Assembly: GCA_965637545.1 (NCBI GenBank)
Contig: OZ281495.1
Span: 25,110,001 to 25,174,000 of the forward strand
DNA length: 64,000 nt
Origin: Phallusia mammillata
Taxonomy: Eukaryota
Reading direction: 5' to 3'
A program made the position numbers and the translations under genes. Below the pieces are notes generated by a model. That model searched no databases and had not been told where the DNA came from. It saw nothing but the letters and a program-made list of their open reading frames with translations. Numbering within the stretch: position 1 is the first letter of the stretch; each line of letters begins with the position of its first letter. Shown piece by piece: positions 1-13,563 of this stretch.

Positions 1-3000
1 CTACAAGCGAACGCTGCCGCCTGGCAATTATCCGCCGGACGAACTGGCTAAACACCAGAGCTGCGCGGTCGCACTACCAGGGCGCTTGATGTCAGGCAAT
101 AAATAAATCGCTCATCGCTTGCCTGGCGAAATATTCACGCGTTAGTTGACCTTCCGCAAGCTCGCAATCTGTGGCGTGGAGCAGATTATTATTGCGGTAT
201 AAATCATATACAGACCGCACCGCAGCGACTGTTTCAGCGACAACACAATCGTCGGCATGTTAGCACACAATCGCCGAACGTCGCGTTTGCTCGCGAAATT
301 AGCAATAACACTCTGGGAGGCGAGCGAGCACAGCCGGATATGTTATGATTTCCTATGATCCCGCGTTGTGTGCAAAACAAAAACGCCCCGATGCATTGGA
401 TATTATAAGGCGTTTCCTATTGCGAGTGGTCAGCGGCCGCAATCAGTGAGTTCCCAGAGCCTGCGGAACAACGGTCCCTGCATGTGCGTATACGCAGGAG
501 CGCGGCCTATAAACACTGAATTTTGGGCACTGATCGCCGACGATGACATTTCTATGCGCAATCAATGTGCGATTGTTAACCTTTGCGAGGAAATAATGCG
601 CGACCGCTTTACCTTGGCTACTGGTGTCAACGCGCTAATAATAATACCTGTCTCCGCGCCCCGGGAGCCAATCAAGTCGCACCTTGACGTTGAACGATTC
701 CAACGAGTCAGGGCAAACGAAGACAAACAGAGTTGACCTGGTGCTTAATTTGTACTTTGTTGTTGCGCGTCATGAAACGGCCAGTTTTAAAGTGCAAATC
801 TAGTTGGCCCAGTTGCTGATGATTTTTCCCATCCGCTGTCTGTGCAAACATGTGGATTTGGTCAGCGCCCTTTGGTCAACTTTGCATGAGTGATTCACGC
901 GTAGTTGACGGTACGTACTTAGGGAAATTAAGGTCGTTGGTTTATTAGTCTGCAAAGAACCGCGATTGGCTGCAGCAAGCTTTATTTGGATGAACCTCAA
1001 ACGAAACAACCTGGTATTGTCGTAAAAACTTCTCATCGGGATTACTTCGCAAAGGATTCATTGCAACACAAATACAAGAATTGCTTTATGTCACAACGAG
1101 GCGACCTAGTGAAAAACGCACAACCTGATGTAGCATCACGACTGAAACATAATATTCGGACAATCAAGTGTATAAGATCACGAAATGCTTAAGCCTCAAT
1201 AAAGCTACTGTTAAAATTTACCGACAAATTATATATTAGAAATTTTTACAGTCATCATACTCATCAATTTCTGTTAACCATTACAGCCTCATGAAGGGGG
1301 AGCTCCTAAACCTTTTACACCCCTGGCTTAACCCCAAATCCACTTAACGCATCGAATACAGTCGCAAAAACGACCGCAATTAGGCGACATTAAATTCGTG
1401 GATCGCTGACATAGTCAGGTAACGATGTGAGAATGGGTCACCGCCCTTGCGTGACATCAATACTCCCTACTGCCATCATCAATAAAAATGGCCGCTCATG
1501 CTCAGCCAATCGCTTATGTGCGACGACAAGTCAGTAAAACTCAAAGAGATCGGCAGACCCTGGGTGAAGTGGTCGCAGGCGCGACATGGTGTTAAGTTGC
1601 TTCGTCGAATGATAACCGTTATCATAATTGAATAGGCCCCGGTGTCGGATTGCTGTTGGGTGATCACGATAATACACTCCATCGATTAAATCCGACCGCA
1701 TAGCGCTGTCTAGGGGCATCTATTAGGCACGTGGCTGTCCCCTAAAGTATTGGTCGCGTTCTGCTGGAGATCGGATAAATTCCTCACCGTTGGCTAAGGC
1801 TGGGCTAAATGCATAAAAAGCAATATAGAGCCTGTCGGTTTATGGCAAACTGCGCTGCACGTTTTTCATAATAACTACACACCGAGGGTCCCAGGCGTAC
1901 CAGGTTTCAATGCTGAATGGCTCGCGACGGATTCGGTTACAGGTTTACCCGAATCTCGGTGCTCCCTCTCACTCGATTTCACCGCAAGGCGCATGGGGGC
2001 AACATTGCCGTGGAGAGAAGCGACTCGGTCGGCGTGTGTACATATTTATGGCGTTGATGTCGGCTTGGAATCATGTCGCGACGCTCTGATTCACAATTTC
2101 GCCGATACACCGTCAATGGAAACCGAATATTATGTGGACGCTATTGATTTGGTGGACAACACCTGCGATGATGGCTAACAATCGAATCACCAATGGTTCA
2201 TAATTAACACCTTTCACAAACTCTGCAATATCCAAACGACCTTAATTGCCAAGTAAAGTATTTCGCTTTCCGAATTTATTCGTTCCAATGTGACCCGTTT
2301 TCCCGTTGTGCCATGATAAAAACAGAAGAGTCAATCACTTGCAAATACAACAGGCCATCACCCTGTGACATATAATATGGCTGCCAAATCGTCATCGGCG
2401 AAAATGCCATTGCATCCGTGCACAATGGCTTTCTCACAGGCAAACTTATCAAAACGCTCTGGCAGGGGCCGGACGATCGATGGACCCCTGAGCCAAATGG
2501 TCCTGCCTCACATTAGATGACCCGAGCCAATTGCAGCGAATCATGCAACGCATCGTATTGAACTTTTTCGACAGCGCGAACTTGGCAATTTGACACGTTG
2601 AACAATGTTTGTAAAACAGGTTGTCACTAAACCACGCTATTTTAAAGTGCGGAAAAAACCACAATAACATACAACGTGCAGTATTGGGCGTTTTCGTTTA
2701 CGACATCGAAAAACTGAACATTTGACGTTCCTTACAATTATGCAACAACGTCATGTTACTAATCCAAAATAAAATTGTCTTTTTAACGAAATGTTTCGAT
2801 TAGCCAGGGCTTACAAATCTATTTGAGCAATGTCAGAACGGCTACAAAATGACTTGACAGGCCACCTTGCCCTCGCCATCGATTTAGATAATCCCAAGTA
2901 TACTGAGCGATTAATAAAAATCCCCGATACGGGCACAACAGGGGTAACCGCAGCTTTGCAACAAAACAAAGAAGGTGATCTGATGCATGTCGCGACTAGT

Positions 3001-3473
3001 AATGAATATGGATTATTTTATGTGCACCTCTGACACGCTGTATCGGTGTTCTTTGATCGCATTAGCATCGACGCAAGCTCGCTCGGGCCGTGATCGTCGT
3101 ACGCATTTCACTGCCACTGAGTCAAATATGATTGAATATGTACATAGTGTATTGACGGTAAACCATGAGCGGCACCAAACGTGTAGGCCTGCATGTCACG
3201 GATATCGTCGTTGCCCGCTCTTCATTGCCAATTCTGAAGGCGGATAAGTCTATTCCGATCAGGACTGACGCGCATGTAAGCCATTTGACTGTTCCCAGTG
3301 ACTAATTAAGACTGTACGCATTTTTTGCATATTTATCACACAAAAATTTACACAACAGTTCCAAACTTTTAAAGTGATGCTTAGTCAGATTTACAGAACA
3401 TTTACTATTCATTATACACAACAAAAATCTTTTGCACCATATCTGCAACACTTCATGCATTAATAAATCTTAC

Positions 3474-3945
3474 CGTAATTCTTTGCCGCTGCGCCATTTT
3501 TATTTGTGTTCTCCGAGTCCGATTCAAATCTGCCGTCCTCGTCTATTTCTTTAGCATCAACATCAGGTTCTGTGTTGGCGGTGTTCCAAATCGCCGGGTT
3601 CATGTTCAAATGTCTGTCGCTGTCGCTGCGCACTTCGAACATCGGCACTCGGTGGAAATATTCACCGGCCATTGTGAGCCGATCGGCGGCCGTTTCTTCG
3701 TCCATAGTTTGGCCTTCTTCGTAGCCGCGCTGGGCGTTGTGATTGTTTTTCGATTCGCTTTCAAATGTCATCAAGCGGTTGTTCGCGTCCATCTGACTTG
3801 AGGCCGCTCCGCCCTGACTCAAAACAGGAGAACTGGTGTTTGAAATTTGGTCTGACAGGCTAGGGCGTGTCGTCGATTGGAAGGGGGTCGCCGCGGGTGG
3901 TGGGTCGTTCACGTGTTGGGGGTTCGACTGTTTCCTGCGAGACAT
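3474..3945 (-). CDS. First coding exon (157 codons + 1 nt) of a zinc-finger transcription factor with an N-terminal NuRD-recruiting motif (BCL11/SALL/FOG-ZFPM class); remainder of the gene lies left of the window or is unresolved
   Basis: ATG at 3945 reads MSRRKQSNPQHV, matching the MSRRKQxxPxx RBBP4/NuRD-binding motif (BCL11B MSRRKQGNPQHL, FOG1 MSRRKQSNPRQI, SALL MSRRKQAKPQH). Frame stays open to a phase-1 donor AATTACG|gtaag at 3474/3473. No zinc-finger exon recognised in 1-3473, so the subfamily is not assigned. Confidence 0.85.
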
Positions 3946-4142
3946 GCCGTGGGGGCGCAACGCTTCTGCCAATTGCCAGTTTCAGGATGCAGCGCGTTAA
4001 TAAACATCTAAGCAAAGCATACGAATCTGCAAGAACAAAATTAGAACGTTTGGTTTCGCGAAACTTCACTTCAGGTATGATTCGTTGAAACTGACGTTCG
4101 CGATTGCTTCTTTCTGAGACCGTCCAAACAACGCCGGGCGGC

Positions 4143-4150
4143 TGACGTCA
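4143..4150. promoter_or_regulatory. Palindromic CRE/ATF site about 200 bp upstream of the MSRRKQ start codon
   Basis: TGACGTCA at 4143-4150, with a half-site (CTGACGT) at 4201, in a CpG-rich stretch just 5' of the ATG. Function is inferred only. Confidence 0.3.
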
Positions 4151-7100
4151 CAAACGCTTGGACGATTGTTTACAAACTAATGGTGCTGAAAACAAACGAG
4201 CTGACGTAGGTAGCATTGTTATACCGTGATAAACAAAATTTTATCTTTAAACCCTTGCACCTACATAAATTATATTAAAACTGCTAAACTGTACAAGCTG
4301 CACTTGCACCACGCGCACGCTGTGACCTTCCTCTGGAATGGCCCGAAACTCGACTGACAACCAGTTGCATCGTCTGATTAGAGGCGATGGCAAAGTTTCA
4401 TCGCGTAAGAAAAACAACGCGCTAATCATTTTGGCGCGCGTCGGCGTGCATGAGGGAGTCGAGAAGAAGTTGCGTGTTCGTGCGCGGCCCTCGCCTTTTC
4501 TCTGCGTCCCCGCTTGCTGCCCACCACAGCCCAATTTATTGATATTTCTCTCTTTCGAATGGGAGCGAAACAAATTGTCACGTGGATACCGCGTCGATTG
4601 TGACAGATTTTGTTCATTTTTAAACGCGAAGAAGTGGCCATCAGTCAGAGAAATTGTCTTTGTTTTTGTTCACATCACGACTAAATAGAAGTTTGCATTT
4701 TGTGCAGTTTTATACAATCCTATGAGAAAAATAGTGCAAGAGTTCCTTAGCAGCACATATGTGTCGCCATTGTTGTAAGTAAAATGGAAAAAAAATGTTG
4801 TGCAAAATTTCACCTAAAATTCGGTCAGGTGTGACCTGTTTGCAATTGCGATTACTACACTGCGCTATGGCAAGGTTTCGTCCAAATAGTCACCCATACG
4901 GAATGTGTAACATATCACGTCAAGGACAAATGGAAATTTGGCTTTGTTTGCGCTCGGAATGCCATAAAACGCCTGACAGGGTGTAAAACTATTTTTGTCT
5001 AAAGCCTTTGTTATATCAGGCCTCTTATATATATGCTAATTCTTCGTCCTTTAACATAATCAAACAAACTCAGTATATCTGGAATTTATCGTAATAAATA
5101 TACCTGTTTAGATGTTAAGGCTTGACATTCGACCTTAATTATAGGTTCTGAAGGTAATTTACATTTTCAAGTGTTGACGAAACTTAACACGTTCACATTG
5201 GACCGAGTACCTCCAGTTTGTCGACCAACACTCCTAACGCTGTAAGGATAGGACGCGGCAGAAGCGACACCGAAACCGGGCTGAGCACATCGTCGACGAC
5301 CGGATCATCTTTTCGCGGGGCGCTTTTCCGTCATGATGTGGCGTGACAAATTTCCCAGTATTTTCTTTTGATATTAACTAACGATTTTGGGCGGCCAATA
5401 ACCGACAACGCGCGCGAGCGGGAATGATTTTATTTTTCAAGAATCCGACCGGCGGAAAATTTGAAAAGCGGTCGACGGAAATCAATTCTAAACCACTTTC
5501 CAAGACGACATCTGTTCTCTTCGTCGCGCTTACAAATTTTGGCGAAAAATCGGCGAAAAAAATTAAAAAACTCGAAAATTGCCCGTCTAGTCGTTTCTCT
5601 TGTTCCCAACCCTCAACCAAGACCCACCAAGGCCAGCGCCGTCGCCTTCGTTCACAAGTACCCTTCTCTTCCCTGCCAATTCGCTGTCACGGTCCCGTCA
5701 GAGCGATAAAGCAAATATTGCTGGCAACAATTGTCGCGTTGCGTTATTTTTCATCACCAGTCACCGCAAGTACGTCCATTGATTTGCACTGAGCCCCGGC
5801 TGTCCCGTATTATGCATCCACCGCGATTCGAATGGAATTTTCATGGCAGTGCAATACGACTGATATAGACTTTGTAATCAAATTTGCATCCAAGCATGTT
5901 TTTAGTTGTTTAGCGGCACTGAATGTTACTAAACACTTTCAAATAGTGTTTTCGCTTCAGACTTAAATGCACACAAACGGAATTTAAACAACCGTGTAAT
6001 CCGTGTTTAATTGTAAGTTGTAAACCGCTTATGTAGTTTTTTTTACAGGGGCTTGGGAGTTGTCCTGTTTAAATGTGGACTGACTTTGGCATTTTTTAAG
6101 AAGCAAGAGCGTTGACCTGTTGATCACGGCGTGTTTTTATGGAAGTTTAGCGTATTTTTATGGGTTTTCAGCAAATACTGCGAATAATGGTGACGGTCGG
6201 AACCTCCAGCAGTAAAATTTCATAATGATTTTACGATAATCTTATGGCGTATTATCCTCAACCTATGCGTACAATAAATGAGGGATCATACCAAGGCCGT
6301 TCACCTTCCTTTACAACCGGGCTCTGTCATTTATGATTGTAACGACATAGGCCGTATTATGACAAAACAATACGCTCGTTAAGTAGGCCTTCAATCCAGT
6401 GCACGTACCACTATCCCCATACATATGTCCCATCATTAACAGCACCTAACTTGACTCGTTAAGTTCCCGTGACAGAAAACAGAGCGCCCGCCGTAAAAAT
6501 TAACGGTCCGATTTCGTTTCGAATTATACACTGTTATTGCAGCGATGATTTGAAAGCCATTGTCACACGTCGCAGTTAAGTCGTTTGGCTTTCTTTCATT
6601 GGCGTCGATTCCTGAAGCTATAGTGTAATCGCATGTCGTTAAATCGCCCCCCTTGTCACGAATGCTTCTTGTCTTCGATTGCATTGCTCGCAATTCCTTG
6701 GAAACGCCGAAGACACCAACCATAAATATTTAGCAAGTGAGCGCCACATTTACTTTTGTATTTTGCCTCATTCCATCTCTACCTATTTTAGATATCATAT
6801 ATGCCTGTCGTCTTTTCCGTGGTTTTCCACTGATAGGCAGTATTTGTCCACCTCATTAAACGATTCTTATCGTCTGCAAGATATATGATGTTGAGTAAGC
6901 AAGAACAAGGATTTTCCGAGCGCTTGTCGTTATAACAGGACGACCTTATTCATAATTGGTCTCCTTCTCTGTCGTAAATGGTTTTACGATGCTGTTGATG
7001 GAAGACCTTCGGCTCGTATGAAGTCTCAATGACATGGGGTTATTCTTTAAACTGTCAGTGAACTTAATTTTATATCCCCATTATGTCCCTATAGGGATAC

Positions 7101-10100
7101 ACAGATTTGATTGATGCCCTGTGTCTGCAATACGTTCAGGTTTGTAATTTCATGCACTTGTATTAGGTGAAAAACACGATTTCCATGTGTGCATTTAGTG
7201 CATTAAGGTTCACCCACGAAGAATAAAACTAAAACAAACCCAATAACGTCTTTCAATTACAAAAAAATGCTTAGGTAAAGCTAACTGAATCTTAGTTTTA
7301 CATTATTTTACCATTTGTTTGTTAGCATGCGTGTTTGTCCATTTTACGACCTATGTATGATTTTAGATATTTTCGGAATGTTAGTTTAGGGCATATCATA
7401 GCAGCTGTGCTCCCACAGACTATATATTTCAGTTTGATTAACACACGTCGGGGTGCAACGTCGTTAAAATGCCGAACCAAACATTAAATGACGTACAGCA
7501 GTAAACATATGTTGACTTTGTTTGCATTTATTGTTACACCATTGCTCGTATTACACGTTTTCCGCGTAACTTACCCTCCAAATTGAACGTCGGGGAAACA
7601 AAAACACTGCGTATAATTTAGCAGAACGTGCAAAAGCTCTTATTCATTTGGAATATTATATTTTTGTTCTTTGTCCTCAACGAATTGGTAGCAAAGATGC
7701 AAATATAGGTATGAGGCATCTGGTAAAAACAAGTGTACCACTTCATTTAATACCGTGGGAAAACTTTGAGGTATGTCCCTTTTGTTGAGGAGTAACTATA
7801 GCGCGAAGTATGAGTGTTAGGCGCTGTTAAAAAATATCCGGCAAAATATCACAAGATGAGCAAACAAATCGCTGAAAATCGCAAAAAGGTGATGTTGACA
7901 CAGATAATCAGGCGTGGTTTAGAAATCTTGAAGGTGAGTAATCACCCCCAAAAAATACCGTTACACTTTAAGACCAAACCGCTTATAAGCCATAACACCT
8001 GCGCGGTCTGATAATTTAGATTCGGAATAGTTTCCGGCTAAACCCCCATAATGCGTCATATGACGATTTCCCAATTACAGTCGCTTGCATAACAGGCAGC
8101 CGAAACTCAAGAACTCTTTCCATTTTCTCGATTTCGCAGCACATACATCACGTTGACAAGGTGCCGAAAAGAAAATGTCGGACGGTCATTGCGAGGTGCA
8201 TGTCAATCGCTCGTTTGTACAGAGACATAGCTTTCGCGGTTACGTGTTTTCATAACTGCCCAGCTCTGATATCGCATGACACCTTCTTATATCGCTGATG
8301 AACGAGGTAGCAGGTGCGAGTGTGAAGCTCACCGATGCGATGGCCCGATATTCAAGCGTGTGGGCATTGACTCGATTAAACGCTCGCTTTGAAGCTTTTC
8401 AACTGCGATTTTCGTTGCTTTATTCCACCAATGACATGCTACATGGATGTTGTTTTATTTTCTGGTTGGATTTTCAATAAAATTTTGCTGTTAAATCCCT
8501 ACAAGCGAGTGGAATAATTAAGTGTACCCAACTGCACACGTATTACGAAACATTGTGGCCACTGGTCAATTTTAGTATGTTTTTATTTAAACGTAAAAAT
8601 ATATCAAGAATATCCTTGTATAAGCAACTTGCAGAATTTTAATTTCTTGTAATAACGCTTCTGCAGTTTTAAAGAGCCAAGCGTTTGTTTTCTTTGTTAT
8701 AAACTAGCGCAATGGCAGAACCGAGCTGCACAAAAAGCATCCGCATTTAGAAATTGTGATAAAACGGGCGGCCAAATAGCGACTTATTGTTTCGTCATAA
8801 TTAATATTGATGGAGCGTGGCAGAAGGCCACCTGGGCGACGCGAGGCTTCATCCAAAATGAAATGAATCAAACTAATATCGCAATAAATCTAACTGCCAA
8901 CTCCGCGGGCGGTGTGTTTATGCGGGGCTGCTATCTGAAAGAAACTTTTCGCCTTGCCGAGTTTTTTGCCACTTTGCCAATTCGATTGACAACGATTCGG
9001 TCCCTCGTGACGTCACAATAATGGAATTAGACGATGGGGGCCGATTCGATTTCTGTTCGTTTCGCGTGCTAACTTGTGCGCTCGCATGTCCCTCATTAAA
9101 ACAGGGCCTGCGCCCAGGCGCCCCAGTTAAATTAACTGTCATCTAGATCTTTATTTTGGACATGATTAACGGGGCTCCTAAGCAAGGGGTTTTCTTCCTG
9201 TGAAGGTGTTTCCTTTTGGTCCCTTTACCATAGTTTTGCCTTTTACCAACACGGAGAGTGTTTGTGTACAAGCAAATCTTTTCTTATTGAAATTTCTACA
9301 CATCTATAGCTCTCTCTAATATCCCAATATGTTTAAATCTTCTTTTGTTTGGAAGAAAACCAATAAAAAACAGACAAATCATATACAAAATATATTTTAC
9401 TCAAAGTTGAAAAATAAGCGGAACCGTTTTTTTGCGGCTAGTCATTACTTTCATTGTTGTTTTCGGCGTCTTGTAACCACTGTAGAGGGTGCCTGTGCGT
9501 GGTTTCAATAAACAGGTTTCACAACTTTACAACCAAAGTTTTGAACTTTATGCCATAGAGGTTTACTATCTGATATGACACCTACCAATATATAAACAGT
9601 TTAAGCCTTAAATTTTGAATCTGTAAACTGAATGGCTTGACAATTCAATACTTAGCGTTGCCTCAAACACTTGTCCATTTAAAACGCCACTTTCAGTCTA
9701 GTTCAACAATTATTAAAAGCTTAAAATGTATTGCATCACAGTTTCAGTTATGTTCTGAATCAGTAAAGCTTATATACGTCTAGGCTGTTTGGGGTATGGA
9801 AGCCGTATATAGGCAACACTCCGACAGGGTCGACGTAAATATGTTGCAGGGATTTCAATTTGCATTTCTCTTTTTGACGTTATTTACTGTTCCATTTTTA
9901 GAAAAAAAAATTTTCAACTTTTAAAACGCAAACGTTCTAAACAAATTGTTCGAAATGCCATGCTATAAAGCAAAAATGTCAAAACTTCGCATCCTACATA
10001 AAATCATAAAGTGAAAAGGTTAAAGATTAGGAGAATATGCACACAACGATTTACAAAGTTTGTGTCTTGATATATTCGTATTTTAAAGATGATTCATATT

Positions 10101-13100
10101 CATGTAGCAAAGGTCAATTGCATGTGGGTGGATTTGCGCGGCATTAATAGTTTACAAAAGTTAAATTATCAAGCGATGAACTACATCCGAATTCCAGTCA
10201 GTTCATCGCCGAAAGCCTTGCACGGTCGTATTATGCATAAAAGATTCATAACTCGTCCATTTGCTTGAGAATGTTGCGCTAATTAGAAGCGAAAATCCGA
10301 TGCACATCGAGGTATACGAAAGAACAGAGCGCATTGAAAACCGACAGAGACTGGGCGATTAAAAGTTGAAGAAAATGAAGACGTTCTTGCCTTGGCGAAC
10401 TAAAGAGATTAGCGTCGTGCCAAAACCCAATTTCCGTGGGTCGAGGGACAGCGTTTTCCCCGCGGCCGAGGTGTAGAGGCGATTTTGTGAATATTCCTGT
10501 TGAATATTCGTCATCATAAATGGGCACTTCTTGTGCGTGCCATCTAGTTGACCAATCGATATTAACGCAATAAAGACCGGTTATGAATTATAAATGACCA
10601 GAGTGGACGCATCGCCGGTCCACGAATAATGCCTTCTAAATAATTATGCTTCGAACGCGCAGATTTCTTTGGGCACGGGCCGTTCCGGGCGGACGCACAA
10701 CCAGGAGATTTGCATCGGCCAACTTAAATCAATGCCAGATAAGTCAAAATACATTAGTCGCTATATTTATCCGCACTGCTGAGCGACACCGCTGCTGCTT
10801 GTGTGAGTCACAGTCGTCATCGCAAACATTTCCACTCGGCATTTTTGACCCTCAACCTTCCACCTGTGGCTTAATATTTTGGCGTCCCGTCTGACTGCTC
10901 TAAATAGGTCATGCAACCGCCAAACCGCGCCGAATTTAGCCGATGTTGAATTCCGGCGGCTTATTTCGAGTCGGTGCTTAACGTATTGCGACCAGATCAC
11001 TTCTCGGTTGCTATTCCTACGCTGCAATCGGAACCGCGTGTTAAATACAATTAGGCTATAATTTTAAAAGGGTCGCCGAACGAAAGTGTTTCTCGAAAAC
11101 TTTTGATATCAAGATGACTCAGTTTGGCGATTGTCCGTTTATTCGTTTCCACAAGGCAACTTGTAGGTCAAATTTAATTTCTTTGGGTTTCGGAAAGTTT
11201 CTGTAGTTTTCCGTGGCTGTATGTTTTTTCCAGAGTAAATAAAGCGCATGGCCTAGTGGTTTTTCGTTCCGACTTTTTTGTGTTATTTTTTTAAATTTAA
11301 ACAAGCCTTGAAAAATAGCAATAACGTATTAAGCTATAATCTTTGACAAATAAAACTGCTTGACATTTAATGTTGATAAAGTTTATTTTTTTGATCTTGT
11401 TGCGATCTTGTGTCACGCTTGTTACTGTCATTTTTTCATTTCTTTATTTGGAAGCGAATCACATACCATCGTGACGTTTACAGGCCAATTAGTCCAAAAC
11501 AAAGTGGGTCTATTGTTAACATATTTGCGTCATTCAATGTCATACGTCGCGTTCAAGATGAAGCGTGGCCACATTCCACTAAACAACATTGTCGAATCTC
11601 TTTATGGAGTCGCGTTGTTCACAATAAAACCAACGGCCGTTCGACTTATTTACGAGAGCGTTGGGCCGTCGGGACCCGAGCATTGTACACAAGCAGAGTC
11701 CGAAGCAAAATTTTATGACAGTTATGCCGTGGCGATTCCGTATGTCGTGACCGCGCAGCCTATTATGCACGGTTTGTTGGGCCCGTCAGCGCTGCTGTGT
11801 GGCCGAGGTTTCTTCTTACAAGCGCTGGCAGGGTCAGAGCGGTCACGGAAATTAATCAGTTTAAGCGATAGAGTTTTGATTGCAAGCGGTCGCGCTGGGA
11901 CCTTCTTCGACGGCCGGCAACATATCGATATATGTAAGGGGCGTTTTTAATCTGTCACAAACGCAAACGTATCTGATTAGGAACGATTTGATTCGAACAA
12001 AACCCATCGCCGACGAGGGAGTGATGGATGACGAGAAACCGACATGTTCGGCCACCGCACCAATTCCCACTGTTAACGTTGACACACAACATCCACAACA
12101 GCGGACAGAGATTTAATCCATGTGCCAAATTGCACTTGATCCCTGGGTCACATCCACGTATGCCGGAGTCCAAAACTCGCGAGACATTGTAATTTGCGTT
12201 TATCAACAATAAAAAATATTTCTTCTGACAAACCTATTATTGTTTGCCGAATATGTCTGTACATATGCTTGGCAGCAACAATTTGTTTGTTAAATTTAAG
12301 TGTTCCCAAGCGTACTTTTCAGTGTTTTTGTTTTTTTTTTCAAAGAATACGTTGACCAAAGTCACGGATTTGTGAGGCCCAATATTTAACTTTCTTCAGT
12401 TACAATAAAATAACTTCAAAGGAAACAAATGGCTAGTTTTGTTTCAATCCACATGCGTTTGGATTTAGGGGTGTACAAAAAAACTAAAATGGTCAAACCG
12501 ATTGTGGAGATTAAAGCATGTCAGTTTTTGTCGGTCTCAATGCTTTTAGGACACAACAATCACGGAAAGATGCGCTTCATGTAATGCCATTATATGTTAG
12601 AAAACAAATCAGTTTTCCGACGTCAATGTATATTCGGTTTTGGTCCGAGTACTTACCCAATCTTCGCTTTCATTTTCGCCTTAACACGCCTGTCGATTGG
12701 CGACCAATTTCTGGAGATTCCTAGTCCCTCAAAACAAAACTCTAATGACATAAGTGGTCGGCGAAAAACTAAAGAAACTCGACATTAGGGCCCAGACCGG
12801 TCAATATCGCATGCCGGTGCCGCCTAATGATTTTATAGCGAATGCATAATTTAAAATTTCGCGGAGAAATTGCGTGGATAATTGCCGCAAACATGACTAC
12901 ACAATTGTGACCTCATTATCAAGGCTTATACAGCACCCAGGATGCGGTGACCCCGGCAGAATCGCAGAAGTCATTGTTTTATTGCCGTGCAATTCTATGC
13001 CATAGGCTCGAATCGCTGTCGTTCTGTCTTTAATTGTCATCGATGTTCACGCGTCGCTGCACTTCCATTTTAAGGTCCGCTGGTCACGTGATCGATGACC

Positions 13101-13154
13101 TGCAGGCGCAGAAAAGACTATGTTTGTTTTTCAAAAAATTAACCGTATTCACAG

Positions 13155-13563
13155 CAGAGTTGCAAGCGGGCCCGAAATCTGAGCCCGAACCCGGCCCGAA
13201 CCCGAAAGTATAAGCCCGAAGCCCGGCCCGAACCCGAAACGTTTTTGAGAAGCCCGTTTAGGCCCGAAATTTTGATAGACAGGCCTATCCACGAAAGCCT
13301 TGCAACAAAGTATGAGAAAGAAAAAAGAGAAAAGACAACAAACACAATGAGCAATAGTAGACAATGGGGTAAACAATACGTTTTAGAGTAGGATGAGCAT
13401 TTGGTCAATGTAAGAACATTGTTACTAAAAAGTGGCGGAAACGGAACTTAAAGTCAGGCCCGTTTTGAGCCCGTTTTCTGACAAATACCTAAGCCCGAAC
13501 CCGGCCCGAACCCGGCCCGAACCCGAACCCGGCCCGAAAAGCCCGGCCCGACTTGCAACTCTG
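13155..13563. mobile_element. Non-autonomous hAT-family element (MITE), 409 bp
   Basis: Terminal inverted repeats CAGAGTTGCAAG...CTTGCAACTCTG; exact 8-bp target-site duplication ATTCACAG (13147-13154 and 13564-13571); clustered subterminal CCCGGCCCGAA repeats. Confidence 0.92.

Noticed and set aside
2449-2670. Minus-strand ORF with HCSTC as a candidate second exon of the transcription factor
   Set aside because: No zinc-finger spacing and no convincing phase-1 acceptor.
10646-10894. ORF containing CCLCESQSSSQTFPLG, superficially like the BCL11 CCHC finger
   Set aside because: Wrong strand and wrong side relative to the MSRRKQ exon; Cys spacing and the His/Cys ligands do not match.
11360-11950. 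196-aa ORF on the plus strand
   Set aside because: Starts at TTG, no recognisable motif, no flanking exon chain; more likely a chance ORF in CpG-rich non-coding DNA.
13180-13550. Clustered CCCGGCCCGAA repeats considered as a CRISPR-like array or satellite
   Set aside because: They are subterminal repeats inside a hAT MITE with TIRs and a TSD; no repeat-spacer periodicity and the DNA is eukaryotic.
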